From: Alphaproteobacteria bacterium
GTDB taxonomy: Bacteria > Pseudomonadota > Alphaproteobacteria > JACAEB01
Assembly: GCA_013389075.1 (NCBI GenBank)
Contig: JACAEB010000155.1
Coordinates: 1-37,899, forward strand
DNA: 37,899 nucleotides
Reading direction: 5' to 3'
The notes below the pieces were generated by a model. That model was not told the DNA's origin. It did not search any database and worked only from the letters and a program-made list of their open reading frames with translations. Shown in pieces: positions 19,298-29,092 of this stretch (the first letter of the stretch is position 1; each line of letters starts with the position of its first letter). The position numbers and the translations under genes are program-made.

Positions 19298-20263
19298 ATG
19301 CCGCTCAAGACCGCCATTTGTGACCTTCTGGGTATCGAGGTGCCCGTCCTCCTCGCCGGCATGGGCGGGGTTTCCTATGCGGAAGTGACGGCCGCCGTCT
19401 CCAATGCGGGCGGGTTCGGCTGCCTTGGCATGGCGAGCGCGGGACCGGACGAGATCCGCCGCGAGATGCGCCGTGTCCGGGAGCTGACGGACAAGCCGTT
19501 CGGTGTCGACCTCCTGACCCCGGTTCCGGACCAACTCGAACGCGCCTGCGACGTGATCATCGAGGAGGGAGCGGCGGCCTTCGTCTCGGGCCTCGGCGTG
19601 CCGACGGCGATCCTGCCCAGGCTCAAGGCGGCGGGGCTCGTCGTGATGAGCGTCGTGGGACGCGTGCACCACGCCCGCAAGGCGGAGGATGCGGGCGTCG
19701 ACGCCGTCATCGCTCAGGGCACGGAAGCCGGCGGGCATACGGGCTCGGTCGCCGGCATGGCGCTGATCCCCCAGGTGGTCGACGCGGTGGACATTCCAGT
19801 GATCGCCGCCGGCGGCATATTCGACGGGCGGGGCCTTGCCGCCGCCCTCGCCCTCGGCGCGCAGGGCGTCTGGGTCGGCACCCGCTTCATCGCGAGCGTG
19901 GAGGCCCGGGCCGACCAGGCCTACAAGGACACCATTCTTCAGGCGGCGGAGGATCAGACCGTCGTCACCCGCTGCTATACCGGCAAGACGCTGCGTGCCT
20001 TCGACAATCCCTACATCCGCGACTGGGAACGCCGCCCGCAGGATCTCAAGCCCTTCCCCGAGCAGGCGATCCATTCCATCAAGGCCGGCGTGATCGGCGG
20101 CATCGGCGGTCAGGTCACCGACATCGATCCGTCCAAGGACTGCCTGCCCATGGGTCAGGGCTGCGGCGCCATCCACGAGGTGCTGCCGGCGGCCGAGATC
20201 GTCCGCCGCATGGTGGCCGAGGCGCGCGGAGCCATCACCCTTATGGCCGGGCTCGCCGGCTGA
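19298..20263 (+). CDS. Nitronate monooxygenase / FabK-like flavin oxidoreductase
   Basis: GGAGGAG RBS. AGMGG, VSNAGG, QGTEAGGH, AAGGI.DGRG, GTRF. Confidence 0.92.
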   Translation: MPLKTAICDLLGIEVPVLLAGMGGVSYAEVTAAVSNAGGFGCLGMASAGPDEIRREMRRVRELTDKPFGVDLLTPVPDQLERACDVIIEEGAAAFVSGLGVPTAILPRLKAAGLVVMSVVGRVHHARKAEDAGVDAVIAQGTEAGGHTGSVAGMALIPQVVDAVDIPVIAAGGIFDGRGLAAALALGAQGVWVGTRFIASVEARADQAYKDTILQAAEDQTVVTRCYTGKTLRAFDNPYIRDWERRPQDLKPFPEQAIHSIKAGVIGGIGGQVTDIDPSKDCLPMGQGCGAIHEVLPAAEIVRRMVAEARGAITLMAGLAG

Positions 20264-20290
20264 GGCTCCCCCGCCCGGACCGCCGCGGAC

Positions 20291-20316
20291 GGAACGCGAT
20301 CTGGCGACGGTGTGTT
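20291..20316 (+). promoter_or_regulatory. EcfG/SigT-like promoter of secreted paralog 1
   Basis: GGAAC-N17-TGTT ending 30 nt before the ATG. Confidence 0.55.
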
Positions 20317-20345
20317 CGCATCCTTGTCAGCGAAAGGAGGCGACC

Positions 20346-20756
20346 ATGCCCGCAATCCTACCGACGACGATGCGGATTTCCCGGCTTGTGGGGCCAGCCG
20401 TCCTTGCCGCCGGACTGGCTGCCGTGCCGGCCACGGGGCAGGACCCCACCCCCGTGAAGGCCGACAACTACATGTTCTATGCCCCGGGCGAATTCGTCCT
20501 CTCCGATGAGGATCCGACCGAAGTCGTCCGCTATTCCGAGCCGAGGGATCTCGAGATCTGCCTGTCCGACATTCGTGAACCCGGCCTGCCCGATGCGCTG
20601 AGGGGCAATGCGCTGACCGTGACCTATGATGGCAAGAGCGCCACCATCGAGTCCGGCAACTGCTTCCAGTTCGACGCCCGACGCGTGACGATCGCGCCCG
20701 CCGAGCCGCTGCCGGACGGCTGGGATCTGCGCGGCCGCGTGCGCACGCTGCGCTGA
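20346..20756 (+). CDS. Hypothetical secreted protein, tandem paralog 1
   Basis: AAAGGAGG RBS, signal peptide ending PATG-Q, two Cys, ungapped alignment to the next gene. Confidence 0.85.
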   Translation: MPAILPTTMRISRLVGPAVLAAGLAAVPATGQDPTPVKADNYMFYAPGEFVLSDEDPTEVVRYSEPRDLEICLSDIREPGLPDALRGNALTVTYDGKSATIESGNCFQFDARRVTIAPAEPLPDGWDLRGRVRTLR

Positions 20757-20771
20757 GCGTCCCCTCCTCTT

Positions 20772-20797
20772 GGAACGTCACGCGCCCGCGTCGGGTT
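20772..20797 (+). promoter_or_regulatory. EcfG/SigT-like promoter of secreted paralog 2
   Basis: GGAAC-N17-GGTT in the 103-nt spacer between the paralogs. Confidence 0.55.
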
Positions 20798-20859
20798 GAG
20801 CCAGAACGGGCGCCGTTGCGCGGCGCCGCGCTCGAAACGGGATCGAGAAAGGAGACAGG

Positions 20860-21255
20860 ATGAGACGGACCACACCGGTTCCGGCCGGCGCCCTTTCGGC
20901 GGCGGCCCTCGCGGTCGCCATGGCGCTGCCAGGCACCGCTTCCGCCCAGTCGATCATCGAGGACGCCTACGAGTTCCACAATCCGGACAGCTTCCTCCTC
21001 ACGTCGAGCACGGAGCGGGAGATCGTGAACTACACGAGTTCGCGCGATGTCGAGGTGTGCCTCAACGAGAACCCGCGCCGCGACCCGCCCCAGGGCTGGG
21101 TGAGCAATGCGCTGACCATCGAATATGACGGCAAGACGGCGCGGGTGGAGCCGGGCAACTGCTTCCAGTTCGACGCCAAGCGCGTCGTCATCTCGCCGGC
21201 CGAGCCGCTGGCCGACGGCTACAGCATGCGCGGCCGGGTACGGACGTTCCGCTGA
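20860..21255 (+). CDS. Hypothetical secreted protein, tandem paralog 2
   Basis: AAAGGAG RBS, signal peptide ending ASA-Q, about 50 of 97 C-terminal residues identical to paralog 1 by hand alignment. Confidence 0.87.
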   Translation: MRRTTPVPAGALSAAALAVAMALPGTASAQSIIEDAYEFHNPDSFLLTSSTEREIVNYTSSRDVEVCLNENPRRDPPQGWVSNALTIEYDGKTARVEPGNCFQFDAKRVVISPAEPLADGYSMRGRVRTFR

Positions 21256-21287
21256 CGGCCGGGCGCCTCTCTGACGGATGGACGCGC

Positions 21288-21309
21288 TGGCCGGGTACGC
21301 TCCCGGCCA
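21288..21309. terminator. GC-rich hairpin between convergent paralog 2 and mfd
   Basis: TGGCCGGG-tacgct-CCCGGCCA, 8-bp stem, no clear U-tract. Confidence 0.4.
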
Positions 21310-21325
21310 TCTGCTCGCGGAGATA

Positions 21326-24300
21326 TCACGCGGCGCGGGCCTCGGCGGCGATGCGGGCGAGCGACTGGAGCACGCGGCGCGTGCCCTGGACGCGGTCGCC
21401 CACGCTGTCCCAGTCGCGTCCGACGACGATCTTCTGATCGGGCCGGAGACGCACCCCGGCCGCCGGGTTGGCCACATAGGCGATGAGACCCGCCGGATTG
21501 GGGAAGGAATTGTCGCGGAAGGTCAGCACGGCCCCCTTCGGCCCCGCATCCACCTTCTCGACATTGGCCTCGCGGCAGAGCTGCTTGATGCCGACGATGT
21601 CGAGCAGCGCCTCGGCCTCGGGCGGCAGCGGGCCGAAGCGGTCGATCAGCTCGGCCGCGAAACCGTCGATCCCCTCGGCCGAGGTGAGTTCCGAGAGGCG
21701 CCGGTAGAGCCCGAGCCGCACGTCGAGATCCTCGACATAGGTCTCGGGGATCAGAACGGCGAGGCCGAGATTGATCTGCGGCGACCAGGTGCCGCCCGTC
21801 TCCACGGCGAGGTCGCCCGAGCGGAGCGAGGCGACGGCTTCCTCCAGCATCTGCTGGTAGAGCTCGACCCCCACCTCGCGGACATGGCCCGACTGCTCCT
21901 CACCCAGAAGATTGCCCGCGCCCCGGATGTCGAGATCGTGGCTTGCGAGCGTGAAGCCGGCGCCGAGCGTGTCGAGCGACTGGAGGACGTCGAGCCGCTT
22001 GCCGGCGGCCGCGGTCAGCGTCTTGCGCTGCGGCACCGTCAGATAGCAGTAGGCACGCGTCTTCGATCGGCCGATCCGCCCGCGGAGCTGATAGAGCTGC
22101 GCGAGGCCGTACATGTCGGCGCGGTGGACGATCATCGTGTTGGCGGTCGGGATGTCGAGACCGCTCTCGACGATGGTGGTCGAGACGAGCACGTCGTAGC
22201 GGCCCTCGTAGAAGGCGGTCATGCGGTCCTCGAGCTCGCTCGGGGCCATCTGTCCGTGGGCGGTGACGAACTTGACCTCGGGGACGTGGGTCTCGAGGAA
22301 GTCCGTCGCCTCCTTGATGTCGGAGATCCGCGGACAGACATAGAAGCTCTGCCCCCCGCGATAATGCTCGCGCAGGAGCGCCTCGCGGACGATCACGGAG
22401 TCGAAGGGCGTCACGAAGGTCCGCACGGCGAGCCGGTCGACGGGCGGGGTGGCGATGATCGACAGCTCCCTGATGCCGCTCATGGCGAGCTGGAGCGTGC
22501 GCGGGATCGGCGTCGCGGTGAGCGTCAGCACATGGACGTTCGCGCGCAACTGCTTCAGCCGCTCCTTGTGCGTCACGCCGAAATGCTGCTCCTCGTCCAC
22601 GATCAGGAGGCCGAGGTCGCGGAACTTGATCGTCTTGCTCAGAAGCGCATGGGTGCCGATGACGATGTTGACCGTGCCGTCTGCGAGCCCCGCGCGGATC
22701 TCGCTCGCCTCCTTGGACGAGACGAGGCGAGAGAGCATCCGTACACGGAGCGGAAGGCCGGAGAACCTGTCCGAGAAGGTCTTGAAATGCTGGCGGGCGA
22801 GGAGCGTCGTCGGCACGACGACCGCCACCTGCACCCCGTTCATGGCGGCGAGAAAGGCCGCGCGCAGGGCGACCTCGGTCTTGCCGAAGCCGACATCCCC
22901 GCACACCAGCCGGTCCATGGGCCGGCCCGCGGACAGATCCTCGATGACGTCGGCGATCGCGCGGTCCTGGTCCTCGGTCTCCTCGTAGGGAAAGCGTGCC
23001 GAGAACTCCTCGTAGAGACCATCGACATCGAAGGCGGGCGCGGCCCGCATGGCCCGTTCGGCGGCGATCTTGATCAGCCCCTCGGCGATGTCGCGCAGCT
23101 TCTCCTTCAGCCTCGCCTTGCGCGCCTGCCAGTTGCCGCCGCCGAGCCGGTCGAGCTGGGTGACGCCGTCATCCGCACCGAAGCGGGACAGAAGCTCGAT
23201 GTTCTCGACCGGGACATAGAGCTTGTCGCCGCCCTGGTAGAGGATGAGGAGGCAGTCATGCGGCGCGCCCTGCACGTCGAGCGTCTTGAGCCCCTCATAG
23301 CGGCCGATGCCGTGATCGACATGGACGACGAGATCCCCGCTCTCCAGCGTCGCCGCCTCGGTGAGAAAATTGTCCGCCCGCCTCCGTCGCGCCCGGGTAC
23401 GGATCATCCGGTCGCCGAGGATGTCCTGCTCGCTCAGGATCGCGAACCCGCCCTGGTCGGGCGCCTCGAAGCCCGCCTCGAGCATCAGCGTCGCAAGGCC
23501 GAGCTGGCCGGGCGCGAGCGCGAACAGCTCCGCACCGGTCGAGACATGGGCGTCCACCTGCACACCATGGTCGCCGAGCACGCTCGCCATGCGCTCGCGG
23601 GCGCCATCGCTGCTCGAGGCGATGAGGACCCGCCGCCCGGCCCGCTCGAGGTCCTGAAGGTGGCCGGCGAGCGCATCGAAGACATTGACGCCCGGCTGGG
23701 CGCGCTCGGGCGCAAAGCTGCGGGCCCGCCGCCCGCCCGCCTTCACCACATGCGGCGCGTCGGGCACGTCGAAGGGCTCGAACTGGAAGATCGCCCGCTC
23801 GGCCAGTGCCTCGGTCCAGTCCCCGGCCGTGAGGTAGAGCGCCTCGGGCGCAAGCGGCTTGTAGCGGCTTGCGCCGAGGGTGACACCGCCCGCCCGGCCC
23901 TCGCGTTCCCCCGCCTCGATGCGGGCCTTGTGGAAATCGGCGATCGCCTCGAGCCGCGCCTCGTGCGCGTCCGCGCTCAGCGCGTCGAAACTCAAGGGCG
24001 CCGCGCCGACATAGTCGAACAGCGTCTCGAGCCGCTCGTGGAACAGCGGCAGCCAATGCTCCATGCCCGGATGTTTCCGGCCCGCGCTCACGGCCTCGTA
24101 GAGCGGATCATCGTCCGTGACCGCGCCGAACGCGGCCACATAGCCCCGGCGGAAGCGCTGCACGGCCGCCTCGTCCAGCCGGACCTCGCTCACCGCCGAA
24201 AGCGAGAGCGCGTCGAGCGTGCGCGTCGAACGCTGCGTCTCGGGGTCGAAGCTGCGGATGGCCTCGAGCGTGTCGCCGAAGAAGTCGAGCCGGACGGGGC

Positions 24301-24853
24301 TCTCCGCGCCCGGAGGGAAGAGGTCGACCACCCCGCCCCGCACGGCGAAATCGCCCGGCTCGGTGACGATCCCGCTGCGCGAGAAGCCGTTCTCGGCGAG
24401 ATAGCGGGTGATCTCCTCGAGCGCGATGCGGTTGCCGACATGCGCGGCGAGCGCCGAGCGGCTCACGAGCGTCCGCTCGGGCACGCGCTGGACGAGCCCG
24501 TTGACCGTGGCGATGACGAGGAGGGGTCCCTCCCCCTCCTTGCGCAGTGCGAGGCGGGCGAGCGCGGCCATCCGCTCGGCCACGATCTCCGGGCGCGGCG
24601 ACACGCGGTCATAGGGCAGACAGTCCCAGGCCGGAAAGGCGACCACGGCGAGGTCGGGGGCGAAGAAGCGCACCGTCTCGGCGAGGGCGCTCGCCCGATG
24701 ATCCTCCCGCGCCACATGGAGCCAGAGCCCGCCCGATCCGCGCACGAGCTCGGAAAGCACGTACCCGTCGAGACCCTCGGGCAGTTCGGACAGCACACGC
24801 CGCCCCGGCAGAGCGCCCCGGCCCGCCTCCCGCCAATTCACCTGGGTCGTCAT
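21326..24853 (-). CDS. mfd: Transcription-repair coupling factor
   Basis: FPAWDCLPYD, VHVDHGIG, CGDVGFGKT, DEEQHFG, TATPIPRT, QLRGRIGR, DLDIRGAGNLLG. Start assigned to ATG 24853. Confidence 0.98.
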   Translation of the reverse strand: MTTQVNWREAGRGALPGRRVLSELPEGLDGYVLSELVRGSGGLWLHVAREDHRASALAETVRFFAPDLAVVAFPAWDCLPYDRVSPRPEIVAERMAALARLALRKEGEGPLLVIATVNGLVQRVPERTLVSRSALAAHVGNRIALEEITRYLAENGFSRSGIVTEPGDFAVRGGVVDLFPPGAESPVRLDFFGDTLEAIRSFDPETQRSTRTLDALSLSAVSEVRLDEAAVQRFRRGYVAAFGAVTDDDPLYEAVSAGRKHPGMEHWLPLFHERLETLFDYVGAAPLSFDALSADAHEARLEAIADFHKARIEAGEREGRAGGVTLGASRYKPLAPEALYLTAGDWTEALAERAIFQFEPFDVPDAPHVVKAGGRRARSFAPERAQPGVNVFDALAGHLQDLERAGRRVLIASSSDGARERMASVLGDHGVQVDAHVSTGAELFALAPGQLGLATLMLEAGFEAPDQGGFAILSEQDILGDRMIRTRARRRRADNFLTEAATLESGDLVVHVDHGIGRYEGLKTLDVQGAPHDCLLILYQGGDKLYVPVENIELLSRFGADDGVTQLDRLGGGNWQARKARLKEKLRDIAEGLIKIAAERAMRAAPAFDVDGLYEEFSARFPYEETEDQDRAIADVIEDLSAGRPMDRLVCGDVGFGKTEVALRAAFLAAMNGVQVAVVVPTTLLARQHFKTFSDRFSGLPLRVRMLSRLVSSKEASEIRAGLADGTVNIVIGTHALLSKTIKFRDLGLLIVDEEQHFGVTHKERLKQLRANVHVLTLTATPIPRTLQLAMSGIRELSIIATPPVDRLAVRTFVTPFDSVIVREALLREHYRGGQSFYVCPRISDIKEATDFLETHVPEVKFVTAHGQMAPSELEDRMTAFYEGRYDVLVSTTIVESGLDIPTANTMIVHRADMYGLAQLYQLRGRIGRSKTRAYCYLTVPQRKTLTAAAGKRLDVLQSLDTLGAGFTLASHDLDIRGAGNLLGEEQSGHVREVGVELYQQMLEEAVASLRSGDLAVETGGTWSPQINLGLAVLIPETYVEDLDVRLGLYRRLSELTSAEGIDGFAAELIDRFGPLPPEAEALLDIVGIKQLCREANVEKVDAGPKGAVLTFRDNSFPNPAGLIAYVANPAAGVRLRPDQKIVVGRDWDSVGDRVQGTRRVLQSLARIAAEARAA

Positions 24854-24875
24854 GATGCGTCGTCCGGAAAAGGGC

Positions 24876-25163
24876 TCAGGCGGGCCGATGCGCGCCACGC
24901 GCGCAGAAGGCGGCGAGGCGGTCGCAGAGCACCGTGTCCGTGCCGGGCGGCTGCGGCTTGCGGCCCGCGAGCCAATCGTAGATATCTTGGTCCTGGTGCT
25001 CGAGCAGCTCCTCGAAGGCGGCGAGCTCAGAGGAGTCGAACGCGCCCGCATTGTGTTCGGCAAAGCGACCGAGAATGAGGTCGAGTTCCTTCATGCCGCG
25101 ATGGCCGGCCCGGAACAGGGCGCGCTTCCGCCTGATGTCGAGATCATGATCAGCCTGGCTCAT
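24876..25163 (-). CDS. sdhE: Succinate dehydrogenase assembly factor 2 / SdhE
   Basis: R..HRGMKELD motif and conserved position upstream of mfd. Confidence 0.93.
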   Translation of the reverse strand: MSQADHDLDIRRKRALFRAGHRGMKELDLILGRFAEHNAGAFDSSELAAFEELLEHQDQDIYDWLAGRKPQPPGTDTVLCDRLAAFCARGAHRPA

Positions 25164-25243
25164 CGTCCTGCCTTCCCTGTCGCCGCTCCCCGCCTCCGGG
25201 CGCGGAATCCGATGCGATACCCCGGCCCGGCGGGAGGGGTCTC

Positions 25244-26152
25244 ATGACGGATGTGGTGCCCTCGGTCCGCGAATTCGAGCGCGGCGCCAATCTCGACCGC
25301 CTCACGCGGCTGCATGCGCTCCCCTGCGGACGCAGGCTCGCGTATCTAGAACTTGGCGACCCCCAAGGCAAGCCGTGCTTCTACTTCCACGGCTTTCCCG
25401 GCTCGCGCCTCGAGCCCGCCATTCTCGACGTCGCGGGGCTACGCCTCATCGCGGTCGACCGTCCCGGCTATGGCCGGTCCGAGCCCTGCGCGGGCCGGGG
25501 CCTCCTCGACTGGCCGAAGGATGTCGCCTCGCTCGCCGATGCGCTGGGGCTCGCGCGATTTTCCGTGATCGGCGTATCGGGCGGGGCGCCCTATGCCGCC
25601 GCCTGCGCCTATGCGCTCGGCGCGCGCGTCGCGGCGGCGGCGGTGATCTGCGGGCTCGGTCCGCCCGACGCGCCGGGCATGGACACCTTCCACATCCGCC
25701 TTCTCCAGCTCGCAGGGTCCAACTGGCCCACCACCTCGCGCGCGCTGCTGAGCGTCTGGCGACCCCTCGTCCTGAGGGGCCCCGTGGACATGCTGCAAAC
25801 GCGCCTGCGCGCCCGCAATCCGCGCGGCTCGAAGGAGTGGGCGGCGCTGTCGCCCGATTTCGCCGGGCTCATTCTCGCGAGCTGGCGCGAGGGCATGCGC
25901 TATTCGGCCGACGGCATGCTGAGCGATGGCGCCATCTACGGCGCGCCCTGGGGCTTCTCGCTCGCCGACATCAAGACGCGCTTCCTCATCTGGCACGGGA
26001 CCGCCGACACCACCGTGCCCGTCTCGATCGGCCATTACTACGCCGCCCATATCCGCCATGCCGATGCCCGCTTCCCGGTCGGCGAGGGGCATTTCTCGCT
26101 CGTCCGCAATCACATCCTCTCCATGACGGCGGCGATCGCCGTCGCCTCCTGA
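25244..26152 (+). CDS. Alpha/beta fold hydrolase
   Basis: FHGFPGSR, DRPGYG, GVSGG, WHGTAD, EGH. Confidence 0.92.
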   Translation: MTDVVPSVREFERGANLDRLTRLHALPCGRRLAYLELGDPQGKPCFYFHGFPGSRLEPAILDVAGLRLIAVDRPGYGRSEPCAGRGLLDWPKDVASLADALGLARFSVIGVSGGAPYAAACAYALGARVAAAAVICGLGPPDAPGMDTFHIRLLQLAGSNWPTTSRALLSVWRPLVLRGPVDMLQTRLRARNPRGSKEWAALSPDFAGLILASWREGMRYSADGMLSDGAIYGAPWGFSLADIKTRFLIWHGTADTTVPVSIGHYYAAHIRHADARFPVGEGHFSLVRNHILSMTAAIAVAS

Positions 26153-26178
26153 CCCCGCCGCCAGCCGGAAGGCGCCTC

Positions 26179-26898
26179 ATGACTCTCGCGTCCGCCCTCG
26201 CCCTCCGCCATGTCGCCTTCGAGCATGCGGGCGTGCTGGGGCAGGTGCTCGCGGCGCGCGATGTGAGGCTCGGGCACGTCGATGCTCCGCGTGCGGATCT
26301 GTCGGCGATCGATCCGCTCGCGCCCGATCTCCTCATCGTGCTGGGCGGTCCCATCGGCGCCTATGAGGAGGCCGCCTATCCCTTCCTCGTGCCGGAGCTG
26401 CGGCTCATCGAGGCCCGCCTCGCATCCGGCCGGCCCATCATCGGCATCTGTCTCGGCGCCCAGCTCATGGCGCGGGCGCTCGGCGCGCGCGTCCATCCGG
26501 GCCCGCGGAAGGAGATCGGATGGGGGCCCCTCACGCTGACGGGGGCGGGGCAGGCCTCCCCCCTCGCCCATCTCCGGCCGGCCGGGGGACAGGTCCTCCA
26601 CTGGCACGGCGACACGTTCGACCTGCCGGCCGGCGCCGAGCGCCTCGCCTCGAGCGCGCTCTACGCCAATCAGGCCTTCGCCCTCGGACCGTCCGTGTTC
26701 GGACTGCAGTTCCATGTCGAGGTCCTGCCCGGTGACATCGAGGACTGGCTCGTGGGGCACGCGGCCGAGCTCGCGCAGGCCGGCCTCAGCCCCGGGGAGC
26801 TGCGGGCGGCGCCCGCCCCCCCAGGCCCGGGGACGGCCGCCGCCGCCGAGCGGGTCTTCGGGGCCTGGCTCGACGCCCTGCCCTCCGGCGGAGGCTGA
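26179..26898 (+). CDS. Class I glutamine amidotransferase (stand-alone)
   Basis: ATG 26179. LGGP, GICLGAQ, HWHGDTF, QFHVE (Cys-His-Glu triad). Confidence 0.92.
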   Translation: MTLASALALRHVAFEHAGVLGQVLAARDVRLGHVDAPRADLSAIDPLAPDLLIVLGGPIGAYEEAAYPFLVPELRLIEARLASGRPIIGICLGAQLMARALGARVHPGPRKEIGWGPLTLTGAGQASPLAHLRPAGGQVLHWHGDTFDLPAGAERLASSALYANQAFALGPSVFGLQFHVEVLPGDIEDWLVGHAAELAQAGLSPGELRAAPAPPGPGTAAAAERVFGAWLDALPSGGG

Positions 26899-26908
26899 GG
26901 AGGGCCCC

Positions 26909-29002
26909 ATGCGCCCCTCGCTTCTCAACCCGCTCTTCCGCCCGATATCGGGCCTGCCCGGCATCGGCCCGCGCCTTGCCAAGCTCTATGCGAAGCTCGT
27001 CCGCCGGCCCTCTGGGGCCCGCGTGCTCGACCTTCTGTTCCATCTGCCCACGGGGCTCATCGACCGGCGCGCGCGGCCCCCCATCGCCGAGCTCGAGGAC
27101 GGCATGATCGCGACGGTTCAGGGCCGCGTCCTCGCCGTCGAGCCGCCGCGCGGACGCATGAGCCCCGCCCGCGTCATCCTGGCCGACCCGACCGGAACGC
27201 TCCAGGTGATCTATTTTCACATGCCGATGGAGGCGGTGGAAAAGCTGTTCCCCCGCGACAGCGATCGTCTCGTCAGCGGGCGGATCGAACTCTATAACGG
27301 CATGCCGCAGATGCCGCATCCGGACCATGTGCTCGCCCCCGAGGCGGCCATGGAGATGCCGGCGATCGAGCCCGTCTATCCGCTCACGGCGGGCCTCACG
27401 CTGAGGGGTCTCACGAAGGCGGCGGCGGCGGCGCTGAGCACGCTCCCGTCCCTTCCGGAATGGCAGGACCGCGCCTGGCTCGCGCAGAGGGGCTGGCCGG
27501 ACTGGGCCCGGGCGATCCGGGCCGCCCATCACCCGGAGGGCGCGGGCGATCTCGACCCGGCGGCGCCGGCGCGGGCCCGTCTCGCCTATGACGAGCTTCT
27601 CGCCAACCAGCTTGCGCTCGCACTGATGCGCGACCGGATGAAGGCGCGCCGGGGCCGCCGGTTCTCCGGACACGGACGGCTCGTCGCGCGCGCGATCGAC
27701 GCGCTGCCCTTCGAGCTCACGGGCGCCCAGCGCCGGGCGGTGGAGGAGATCGGCCGCGATCTCGCCGACGAGACACGCATGATCCGCCTCCTGCAGGGGG
27801 ACGTCGGCTCGGGCAAGACTGTGGTCGCCTTTCTCGCCATGCTGCAGGTGATCGAGGCGGGCGCGCAGGCCGCCCTCATGGCGCCCACGGAAATTCTCGC
27901 CCGCCAGCATCACGCGACCTTCGCGGCGACCGCCGAGGCGCTGGGCCTCGACACGGTCATCCTCACCGGCCGCTAAATGGGGGCCGAACGCGCCCGTGTG
28001 CTCGAGCGGCTCGCGGCGGGGGAGATCCACATCCTCGTCGGGACGCATGCCCTCTTCCAGGAGGACGTCACCTTCCAGGATCTCGGTCTTGCCGTCATCG
28101 ACGAACAGCACCGCTTCGGCGTCGGCCAGCGCCTTGCGCTCGGTGCCAAGGGCGCGGCGGTGGATCTCCTTCTCATGACCGCGACACCCATTCCGCGCAC
28201 CCTGACGCTGACCGTGTACGGAGGGATGCAGGTCTCGCGCATCGACGAGAAGCCCAGGGGCCGCAAGCCGATTGCCACGCGGGCGATCCCGCTCGACCGG
28301 ATCGAGGAGGTGATCGAGGCGGTGAAACGCGCCGTCGCGGGCGGCGGACAGGTCTACTGGGTCTGCCCGCTCGTCGAGGAAAGCGAAAGCGTGGCGGCCG
28401 CCGCCGCGGAGGACCGGCATGCGAGCCTCGCCGGGCTCCTCCCCTTCCCCGTGGGGCTCGTGCACGGACGGTTGCGGCCCTCCGAGAAGGACGCCGTCAT
28501 GGCGGCCTTCAAGGGGGGCGAGGTGAAGGTGCTGGTCGCCACGACGGTGATCGAGGTCGGCGTCGACGTGCCGGCCGCCAACGTCATCATCATCGAGCAT
28601 GCCGAGCGCTTCGGTCTCGCCCAGCTCCACCAGCTGCGCGGACGCGTGGGGCGTGGCGCGGCGGCCTCGAGCTGCATCCTGCTCTACGGGCAGCCTTTGT
28701 CCGACCCCGCCCGCGCCCGCCTCGCCATATTGCGCGAGACCGAGGACGGCTTCCGGATCGCCGAGGAGGATCTGCGCCTGCGCGGGGCGGGCGATCTCCT
28801 CGGCACGCGGCAGAGCGGCTTTCCCGACTTCCGCCTGGCCGACCCCGAGGCCCATTCGGCCCTGCTGGACGCCGCCCATGACGACGCGGCGCTCATCCTC
28901 GCGACCGATCCCGCCCTGACGAAACCCCGCGGGCAGGCGCTGCGTGTGCTGCTCTATCTGATGGAACAGGATGCGGCGGTGCGCTTCCTCGAAGCGGGGT
29001 GA
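26909..29002 (+). pseudogene. recG: ATP-dependent DNA helicase RecG interrupted by in-frame TAA at 27974-27976 (pseudogene, split gene or base-call error)
   Basis: ATG 26909 follows GAGGAG. Wedge domain, QGDVGSGKT and APTEILA precede the stop. GTHAL, DEQH, TATPIPRT, QLRGRVGR and DLRLRG follow it in the same frame. Confidence 0.85.
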
Positions 29003-29092
29003 GGTGTCGGGTTCGGCGGCGCGCGCCGGACCCTCACCCGAAAATCCGAAGGCGGATTCCGGGCCTCTCCCAGGGGAGAAAGCGAAGACGGG

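Noticed and set aside
16416-20263. CoA transferase, GNAT, SDR and NMO as one catabolic pathway
   Set aside because: Mixed orientations and very common paralog-rich families. Nothing in the sequence ties them to one substrate.
21278-25078. 1266-aa plus-strand ORF
   Set aside because: Antisense shadow of mfd. The same explanation covers the long ORFs opposite copA, guaA, recG and rnj.
27974-27976. Genome-wide TAA reassignment as an explanation for the recG stop
   Set aside because: TAA appears to terminate the VOC gene (2163-2165) and hfaB (35091-35093) normally, and no other conserved gene here has an internal stop.
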